Source: Acidobacteriota bacterium (GTDB lineage: Bacteria; Acidobacteriota; Terriglobia; Acidiferrales; 2-02-FULL-67-57). Taken from it: DNA of 56,529 bases. The stretch is from assembly GCA_022571295.1 (NCBI GenBank), contig JACZYA010000003.1, positions 1 through 56,529 of the forward strand, read 5' to 3'. Positions 31,075-37,944 of this stretch are shown here, in pieces (position 1 is the stretch's first letter; the number at the start of each line of letters is the position of its first letter). The translations under genes and the position numbers were made by a program. Under the pieces are notes generated by a model. It worked only from the letters and a program-made list of their open reading frames with translations. It was not told the origin of the DNA and did not search any database.

Positions 31075-31280
31075 CCATCAAGGTTGCGTTCTCCGATCCC
31101 GGCAGCCTACGGGAGAGACAACCTACTTGGCGTACGGCCGGCTGCCGGGGCGATACCGTGTCTTGCGAAAGCGGGGCGCGCCCCGGGCAAACCCTTGCGG
31201 CTAGCGAGGACTGGAAAGGGGAAGGCAATGGCCTATACCTGAAACTGTGGTTGGCACGGGGTATAGGCGATTTTAGTTTG
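31075..31280 (+). ncRNA. Putative structured RNA or leader between dcd and apbC (unassigned family)
   Basis: Interleaved pairings (pseudoknot or switch), a G-U-rich GAAA-tetraloop hairpin, and a 9-bp stem followed by a T-rich tract. Confidence 0.35.
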
Positions 31281-31321
31281 GTGGACGACCTCGCCGCGGC
31301 GAAGGTTAAAAGGATAAAATT

Positions 31322-32425
31322 ATGGGACTGTTTAGTGGCAAGAATAATCTGACACCGGAAAAAATCCTGGAAGCACTGCGCGCCGTCCAGGAGCCTAAGT
31401 CAAAACGCGACATCGTGGCGCTCAACATGGTTAAGAACCTGGCGGTAAGCGGCGCTGGAATTTCATTGACGATTGCCGTCAGCGATCCCGCTTATCCCTT
31501 CAAGGACACAGTCGAGAAGGATGTCCGCGCCGTCCTGGCTAAGTTGGGCAGCGACAAGGAGGTCGCAATTCAGTGGGGCGCGCCCCCGCCTGCGCCCCGG
31601 GGCGGAACTCCGCAAGGCCGAGCCGACATACCGGGCGTGAAGAGTATCGTGGCCGTGGCCAGCGGCAAAGGCGGTGTGGGCAAAACCACTGTGGCGGTCA
31701 ACTTGGCGGTGGCGTTGGCGCAGGCGGGCTCGAAGGTCGGCCTGCTCGATGCCGACGTTTATGGCCCCAACGTTCCCACCATGCTCGGACTGAACGGCCA
31801 GCCGGTGGCGCGCGGCAATCAAATCATTCCCTTGGAAGGCTACGGGTTGAAAGTGATGTCGATGGGTTTCCTCAATCCGGGCGATAAGCCGCTCATCTGG
31901 CGCGGCCCCATGCTCCACCAAGTCATGCAGCAATTCATCCGGCAGGTGGAGTGGGGCGAGACCGATTACCTGATTATTGATTTGCCGCCTGGCACCGGCG
32001 ACGTTCAACTTTCCCTTATTCAGACGGTTCCGGTCACGGCTGCAATTCTCGTCACCACCCCGTCAGTGGTCGCGCTGGCTGACGTGCGCAAGGCGATTGA
32101 GATGTTCCGTCAGGTCAAGGTCGAAATCCTGGGCATTGTGGAAAACATGAGCTATTTTCTCTGCCCGCATTGCGGCGAGCGCAGCGAGATTTTCAGTTAC
32201 GGGGAAGGGAAGACCACGGCCGAGCAGTTCAAGATTCCGTTCCTGGGCGAGATTCCTCTCCACGCTGGCATCCGGCTTCACGGCGACGCCGGCAAGCCGC
32301 CGGTCAGCCTGGGCGAGGATGCTCCCGAGGCTAAGCCTTTCTTCGATTTGGCCGGGAAGGTGGCCGACGCCCTGAGCACCCTCGCTTCGCGCACACCTGC
32401 CACTCCACTGGTGCAAATCACTTAA
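31322..32425 (+). CDS. apbC: Mrp/ApbC/NBP35 Fe-S cluster carrier ATPase
   Basis: DUF59-like N terminus, SGKGGVGKTT, DADVYGPN, WRGPM, DLPPGTGD, CPHC. Confidence 0.95.
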   Translation: MGLFSGKNNLTPEKILEALRAVQEPKSKRDIVALNMVKNLAVSGAGISLTIAVSDPAYPFKDTVEKDVRAVLAKLGSDKEVAIQWGAPPPAPRGGTPQGRADIPGVKSIVAVASGKGGVGKTTVAVNLAVALAQAGSKVGLLDADVYGPNVPTMLGLNGQPVARGNQIIPLEGYGLKVMSMGFLNPGDKPLIWRGPMLHQVMQQFIRQVEWGETDYLIIDLPPGTGDVQLSLIQTVPVTAAILVTTPSVVALADVRKAIEMFRQVKVEILGIVENMSYFLCPHCGERSEIFSYGEGKTTAEQFKIPFLGEIPLHAGIRLHGDAGKPPVSLGEDAPEAKPFFDLAGKVADALSTLASRTPATPLVQIT

Positions 32426-32478
32426 GTCGGAATTCACAACAATGGAAGACAGCAGCCGGCGGGTCTGGCTGCGTGTGG

Positions 32479-33204
32479 TTAGGACAAGGAAGAGGTCACG
32501 GCGCTGTCGATGTATTCCCGCAGGCGATGGCGAATCTCGCGGCTGATGCCTGCGAACCGGAAACCAACCTGCCGGTTGGAGACAGGGTGTGCGCTTCCGG
32601 CAAACACGGTCACGCGAGCGACGCGCACGGTTAGCTCCACTGGTTTGCTGTCACCGGGCAAAGTGAATTCGAGCCGCGCGCCGGCCCCCACTTCCGGGAC
32701 CGTGTCGAGCGCCACCAACATGCCGGTGGCGCTCAGATTCAAACACTGGCCTTGCACGCGGTGCTCATTCCACAAGCAGAGCACAGGTGTGCGCAGCGCG
32801 ACCCGGTGTTCGCTGCGGTTTTCCGGCTGCGTCAGCTTCTGAACCGTGCTCAGTAGTTGTCGAATTTGCTGGACGGTAACCGGCTTGGGCAGGAAAAAAT
32901 TGATACCGACGCGCAGGCTCGCTTGCATGGCGTCCGGCTCCGGGTAGCCCGTGAGCATGACAATGGGGCATTCCGAGTTGGATTCAGATGTGCGGATGCG
33001 TGCAGCCAGCTCAATGCCGTCCATCTCGGGCATCTTCCAGTCCAGGAACACGCCGTCGAATTTGTCGTGCTGAATCACCTCGGCTGCTTGCGGGCTCGAT
33101 TCCAAGCAGAGCGTCTCAGCACCCATTTGGGTGAATACGTCCCGCAGCAAGCGCAACATCTGCTGGTCGTCGTCCACGACCAGAATCTTTGTTTTCACTC
33201 CCAT
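32479..33204 (-). CDS. Response regulator receiver + PilZ domain protein
   Basis: ILVVDDD, FLDWKMPEMDG, LTG, LPKP; PilZ RSEHR (RxxxR) and NLSATG (NxSxxG). Start ATG 33204. Confidence 0.88.
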   Translation of the reverse strand: MGVKTKILVVDDDQQMLRLLRDVFTQMGAETLCLESSPQAAEVIQHDKFDGVFLDWKMPEMDGIELAARIRTSESNSECPIVMLTGYPEPDAMQASLRVGINFFLPKPVTVQQIRQLLSTVQKLTQPENRSEHRVALRTPVLCLWNEHRVQGQCLNLSATGMLVALDTVPEVGAGARLEFTLPGDSKPVELTVRVARVTVFAGSAHPVSNRQVGFRFAGISREIRHRLREYIDSAVTSSLS

Positions 33205-33460
33205 TCGGTTACACCGCCAATACGGATTAAGCTGCCCGGCATTGCGTCCGGAAACTGAACGCGCAGCCTGCCGCGCCGGTCGGAACGCGCTGGACTGAGT
33301 GTGCCGTCCACACAGTTCCCGGCAGGATCTGGGCGAGGAATGCCCCGCCTCGGCGAACCTCAACACCAGCGTCTTGCGGGCCAATTATCAACTTAATTCA
33401 TCGGCAAAGCATGAGAATGCATTAATAATCCCGGCGGATGGTGCGGGCATTCTTGCCTGC

Positions 33461-33479
33461 CCTGCCTACCACAGGCAGG
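33461..33479. repeat. Short palindrome CCTGCCT-ACCAC-AGGCAGG, preceded by a second hairpin GCGGGCA-TTCT-TGCCTGC
   Basis: Perfect 7-bp inverted repeat seen in the sequence. Confidence 0.5.
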
Positions 33480-33514
33480 CTTGCTGAGGAGGTGGTTCCT
33501 TCTTCCACGGCCAG

Positions 33515-33657
33515 GGGTAGTGGGACATTTTGGAAATGGAAACTTACGCTGAGCCCTGTGGCACCTGCCACGGGGCGCTTGTGCCGCTTGTCCGCCCGGC
33601 GGCAGGTGCCGCCGGGCTCAGCGGTAAAATTAACATTGTGAAACTGACCCACTACCC
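33515..33657. ncRNA. Rod-shaped hairpin with AT-rich central bubble (6S-RNA-like architecture)
   Basis: GGGTAGTGGG/CCCACTACCC, GCTGAGCCC/GGGCTCAGC and GGCACCTGCC/GGCAGGTGCC are nested perfect stems around a ~20-nt internal bubble. Confidence 0.4.
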
Positions 33658-33983
33658 AGCCAGGGCGAGTCTTGCGCGCTGTCAGCCCGTGTGCTACTTT
33701 CACACGTTTGGACTGCGCTGGTTTTGCTCATGATTCTTCCCATCAACGGCTGCGAGCCGCGAATTGCATCCACGGCCTTCCCCGGCGACGCGGGCGCGGA
33801 GGTCGTCCGTTGATGCGCCTCGAACTACGTGGATTGCAAGGGGCCCTATCTTGCGTTGACCCGTGCGGTTCACCGCCAGCATTCGCGGCCAGCGGTTTCG
33901 TCCGAAACGGAGGCCAAGCGATAGCGTCCCGCCGCTTGTGGTGAGCTTGCCGAACCGCTTCCAAGCCGTCAAAGGCACCCGCG

Positions 33984-34016
33984 CCTGTCCTGAGCCCCGC
34001 GAAGCGGGCCGAGGGA
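33984..34016 (+). repeat. 33-nt hairpin mini-element E1
   Basis: CCTGTCCTGAGC-CCCGCGAAGCGGG-CCGAGGGA inserted in the codon G^AC. Confidence 0.8.
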
Positions 34017-34031
34017 ACATCCTCCCGCCCG

Positions 34032-34103
34032 CTTGTCCCGAGCTTGCCCTGCTTGTCCCGAGCAACGTCGAGGGGAGCGTCAGCGAAGGGCGAATGCGAG
34101 GTA
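34032..34103 (+). repeat. Three nested 24-nt hairpin mini-elements E2[E3[E4]]
   Basis: E4=34052-34075 CTTGTCCCGAGCAACGTCGAGGGG; E3=CTTGCCCTG+AGCGTCAGCGAAGGG; E2=CTTGTCCCGAG+CGAATGCGAGGTA. Confidence 0.8.
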
Positions 34104-34125
34104 ACTCCAGCTTCCGGAGCCAGGC

Positions 34126-35700
34126 ATGACGCATCGTTTCCAAGCTGTTAAAGGCACTCGCGATATTCTGCCGCCAGAATCGGCTTTATGGAACCGGGTC
34201 GAGCAAACCGCCCGCCGCGTCTTCGCCACCTACAATTTCCAGGAGATCCGCCTGCCTATCCTGGAGCAAAGATACCTTTTCGAGCGCTCCTTGGGTTATG
34301 AGTCCGACATTGTTTCGAAGCAGATGTTTACACTTGAGGACCGGGAGTCCAGTGAGCTTTGGGTTTGGCGTGACCTCGTCAGCGACTGGAAACTTAGAAT
34401 CGATGATCCCCTTGCACTGGACCAGTTCGAGTACGCCCTCAAACGGTTATTGCAGTGCCTTGAAGTCGAGCTTCAAAGAGAAGAAAAAATCTTGAGGCCT
34501 GAGATACTTCAGAGTGCCCGCGATGCACTATTGCATAATGCCGAAAAGCTACGGGAGCTCCGCGAGAAAGGGATAACACCCCAAGGCCTAGAGGTTCTTA
34601 TCGAGACGATACAGCTGGAGGCAGCCACTGTTAGGGGGGAAGACCTGGGTTTGCGCCCGGAAGCCACCGCGTCCGTCGTCCGCGCTTACATCCAGCACGG
34701 CCTGCACACGAGGCCCGGCCTTACGAAGCTTTACTATATCGGCCCGATGTTCCGCCGCGAGCGGCCGCAGAAGGGCCGCTACCGACAGTTTTACCAAGTC
34801 GGCGCCGAGGTGTTGGGCTCCTCGGACCACCCGGCTCTCGACGCCGAAGTCATCGAAATGCTGCTGGTTTTTCTCGATCGCTGCGGTCTGCGCGAGCATA
34901 CGCTTTACGTCAATTCCATCGGCTGCTCAGACTGTCGTCCGAAATACGTCGAAAGACTCCGGAGCGAATTGCAAAAAGTAAAAGACCATCTGGGTGCCGA
35001 CAGCCGCCGCCGGATTGAAACCAACCCGCTGCGCGTCCTGGACTCGAAACTTCCAGAGGAACAACCGATAATCGAAAAGCTTCCCTCCATTCTTGACCAC
35101 CTCTGCGACGCCTGCCGAGACCATTTCCAAAAGTTTCAGCAGGAGCTAAAGGATCGCAGCCTAGCGTACGAAATTAACAAACGGTTGGTACGGGGGCTGG
35201 ACTACTACATCCGCACCACTTTTGAGGTCACCGCGCCCGGCTTGGGCGCGCAGAACGCCATCTGCGGCGGCGGGCGCTACGATGGGTTGGTTGAACTGCT
35301 TGGCGGCCCTCCCACCAAGGGCATGGGATTCGCCCTGGGCACCGATCGCCTCTTGCTGGCGCTGCGGCAGGTGGAGGAGTCCGGCGGGAAAGATCAGTTG
35401 GATGTCTTTATGGTCTGGCTGGGAGCGTCGGCGTTGCGGGCCGCGCGCATGTTGGCGCGGCGGCTGCGCGAGCAAGGCATCAGCACGGAGCTTCTCTACG
35501 AAGAAACGAAATTGAAAAAGGCCCTCGGGTTGGCCGACAAGAGCAGCGCCCGCTACGCCGTCCTGATTGGCGAAGATGAGCTGGCGCAGAACAAATTCAC
35601 ATTGCGCGACATGCGCTCCGGCCAGCAGCGCGCGTTGTCGGAATCCGAGCTTCTGCAGGAATTGGCCGCGAGTGCGGGGGCTTCGGCTGCCGAGGAGTAG
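34126..35700 (+). CDS. hisS: Histidyl-tRNA synthetase with ~95-aa insertion
   Basis: KGTRD, LRPEATAS, GPMFRRERPQKGRYRQFYQ, LVRGLDYY, GGGRYDG, anticodon-binding domain. Confidence 0.96.
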   Translation: MTHRFQAVKGTRDILPPESALWNRVEQTARRVFATYNFQEIRLPILEQRYLFERSLGYESDIVSKQMFTLEDRESSELWVWRDLVSDWKLRIDDPLALDQFEYALKRLLQCLEVELQREEKILRPEILQSARDALLHNAEKLRELREKGITPQGLEVLIETIQLEAATVRGEDLGLRPEATASVVRAYIQHGLHTRPGLTKLYYIGPMFRRERPQKGRYRQFYQVGAEVLGSSDHPALDAEVIEMLLVFLDRCGLREHTLYVNSIGCSDCRPKYVERLRSELQKVKDHLGADSRRRIETNPLRVLDSKLPEEQPIIEKLPSILDHLCDACRDHFQKFQQELKDRSLAYEINKRLVRGLDYYIRTTFEVTAPGLGAQNAICGGGRYDGLVELLGGPPTKGMGFALGTDRLLLALRQVEESGGKDQLDVFMVWLGASALRAARMLARRLREQGISTELLYEETKLKKALGLADKSSARYAVLIGEDELAQNKFTLRDMRSGQQRALSESELLQELAASAGASAAEE

Positions 35701-35945
35701 AGCACAGTATTGGTCTGCAGCTTATTGAAACAAAACGGCAGCGGACGGGAATACGGAAAAAACATGAAAACGAAACTAGTTTCTTCTCGGAACTTGTTTT
35801 TTATCAGTGAGTTAAGGGGAGACTCCGCGTTGATACCCCCCTCTTTCCAGGAGTCAATGACTGGGCTGGGTTTTTTGCATCAGCCCGAGCCTCGGACAGA
35901 GCCGAATTTGGGTGGGTTCCTCTTGTACGCTAGGATTGACGAATA

Positions 35946-37913
35946 ATGCTCGAAAAGCTGAATAACCTGCAGCGCACGCACATCTGCGGAGAACTCCACG
36001 CCGGCGACGTCGGCAAGGAAGTCGTCCTCATGGGCTGGGTCCATCGTCGTCGCGACTTGGGGCGCGTCATCTTCCTTGACCTCCGCGACCACAGCGGACT
36101 CACGCAAGTGGTTTTCAACAAGGAGGCGAACCTCGAGTTGCACCGCAAAGCCGATCGCACTCGGCCCGAGTTCGTGGTGGCGGTAGAGGGCAAGGTGGTG
36201 AAGCGCGAGAAGACCAACTCCAAGCTCCCCACCGGCGAGGTCGAAGTAGTCGCGTCCAAACTTCACATCCTCAACACCGCCCAGACGATTCCCATCCCGA
36301 TCACGGACCAACTGAAGGCCAGCGAGGAAACTCGTTTACGTTTTCGCTTCCTCGACCTGCGCCGCGCTCCCATGCAGCGCAACTTGCGCCTGCGCCACCG
36401 CGTCGTCCTCGCTTTGCGCCACTACTTCGATCAGGAAGGCTTCTGCGAGATCGAAACTCCATTCCTTACCCGCTCCACTCCCGAGGGCGCCCGCGACTAC
36501 CTGGTCCCCAGCCGCGTCCACCCCGGCCAGTTCTACGCCCTGCCGCAGTCGCCGCAAATCTTCAAGCAGCTCCTGATGATCTCCGGCTTCGACCGCTACT
36601 TCCAGGTCGTGCGCTGCTTCCGCGACGAAGACCTGCGCGCCGATCGCCAGCCCGAGTTCACCCAGCTCGATTTGGAGATGGCTTTCACCACCCCCGACGC
36701 TGTTTTTCGCGTGGTCGAAGGCGCACTGACCAAGGCCTGCGCCGCCGCCGACATTTCGGTTGCGCCGCCTTTTCCGCGGTTGACTTACGAGGAAGCGCTG
36801 GCCCGCTACGGCACCGACAAGCCCGACACGCGCTTCGGCATGGAACTGGTTGACGTCTCCGCCGTTTTTGAGCCAGCGCGCGAGACGTTGCAGATTAGCT
36901 TGCCGGTGCATGCGTTGGTTGCGCCCGGGGCCGCGGGCTTCTCCCGCAAGCAGCTCGACGAGTTGAGCGAGTTCGTCAAGTCGCAAGGTGCGTCGACGCT
37001 CTATACCGCCAAGGTGAAAGAGCAGGGAATTGAGTCGCCCCTGAAGAAGGCACTGGGTGAAACCGGCCTCAACCGCCTGCGCGAGTTGACCGGCGCAGGT
37101 GCGAACGATCTTATCCTCGCTGTTCCCGCCAATAAGCCTGCGGGTGCCGACCGTCCCCACGCGGCTGCCGCCACGGCGCTGGGCGCGCTGCGCGTTCGCT
37201 TAGCGGCACAACTCCAACTCATCCCGGCCAACCAATGGAACTTTCTCTGGGTTACCGACTTTCCTCTTTTTGACTGGAGCGAAACAGAAAATCGCTGGGT
37301 GAGCTCGCACCATCCTTTTACCGCTCCGGCCGACGACGATCTGAACAAACTGGAATCCCATCCCGGCCAGGTTTGTTCCCAGGCCTACGACCTGGTGTTG
37401 AACGGATCGGAGTTGGGCAGCGGCTCCATCCGAATCCACGACCCCGGCATCCAGCAGCGCGTGTTCAGTGCGTTGGGGCTCAGCAGCCGCGAAGCCAGCG
37501 AGCGCTTCGGCTTTTTCCTGCAAGCCTTGTCGTTTGGCACGCCGCCCCACGGGGGCATCGCGCTGGGGATTGACCGCATCGTCGCCCTGCTGGCGGGCGA
37601 AAGTTCTATCCGCGAGGTCATCGCCTTTCCTAAAACCACGGCCGCGCAGGACCTGATGGCAGCCGCTCCTTCGCGGGTTGATCCGGAGCAACTCCGCGAA
37701 CTAGGTCTTTGGGGCAACAAGCGAGTGCTCGATTGTGCTTGCGGCGGGGTCTGGCAAGTCGAATTTGAAAAATATTCTATGGGGGAGAAGTCTGGGGTTG
37801 AAGTCACTTGTCCGGTTTCCAAGCAGCCGGTTCACCTGCCGGTGGGAGGACGCTGGCGCGCGGAGCATTGGGATCCCGCCTCTCGCAAGTGGACTGAAGC
37901 GGCCGGACAATAA
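35946..37913 (+). CDS. aspS: Aspartyl-tRNA synthetase with C-terminal extension
   Basis: RTHICG, GWVHRRRDLG, TPEGARDY, ALPQSPQ, CFRDEDLRADRQPEFTQ, HHPF, PPHGG, FPKT. Confidence 0.97.
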   Translation: MLEKLNNLQRTHICGELHAGDVGKEVVLMGWVHRRRDLGRVIFLDLRDHSGLTQVVFNKEANLELHRKADRTRPEFVVAVEGKVVKREKTNSKLPTGEVEVVASKLHILNTAQTIPIPITDQLKASEETRLRFRFLDLRRAPMQRNLRLRHRVVLALRHYFDQEGFCEIETPFLTRSTPEGARDYLVPSRVHPGQFYALPQSPQIFKQLLMISGFDRYFQVVRCFRDEDLRADRQPEFTQLDLEMAFTTPDAVFRVVEGALTKACAAADISVAPPFPRLTYEEALARYGTDKPDTRFGMELVDVSAVFEPARETLQISLPVHALVAPGAAGFSRKQLDELSEFVKSQGASTLYTAKVKEQGIESPLKKALGETGLNRLRELTGAGANDLILAVPANKPAGADRPHAAAATALGALRVRLAAQLQLIPANQWNFLWVTDFPLFDWSETENRWVSSHHPFTAPADDDLNKLESHPGQVCSQAYDLVLNGSELGSGSIRIHDPGIQQRVFSALGLSSREASERFGFFLQALSFGTPPHGGIALGIDRIVALLAGESSIREVIAFPKTTAAQDLMAAAPSRVDPEQLRELGLWGNKRVLDCACGGVWQVEFEKYSMGEKSGVEVTCPVSKQPVHLPVGGRWRAEHWDPASRKWTEAAGQ

Positions 37914-37944
37914 GGGTTCATCTCGCAGGTCACCGATCACTGAC

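Larger units (their letters stand above)
33947..34129 (+). pseudogene. Abandoned 5' copy of hisS interrupted by mini-element insertions
   Basis: Removing 33984-34016 and 34032-34103 restores TTG-PNRFQAVKGTRDILPPDS, matching the HisS N terminus MTHRFQAVKGTRDILPPES. Its TGA overlaps the hisS ATG. Confidence 0.85.

Noticed and set aside
31251-31268. TTGGCACG as a sigma54 promoter for apbC
   Set aside because: The -12 GC is absent at GG-N10 spacing (AG found); the sequence is better explained as part of a hairpin.
33660-34125. T-box leader for hisS-aspS
   Set aside because: No GGTGGNACCRCG T-box sequence or terminator found.
33700-34143. 147-aa minus-strand ORF upstream of hisS
   Set aside because: Its SSGQA/SGQA segments are simply the antisense translation of the mini-elements; no other coding evidence.
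34345-34635. HisRS insertion as an intein or intron
   Set aside because: No Cys/Ser...His-Asn splice junctions or HINT blocks; the frame is continuous and no intron-like structure is evident.
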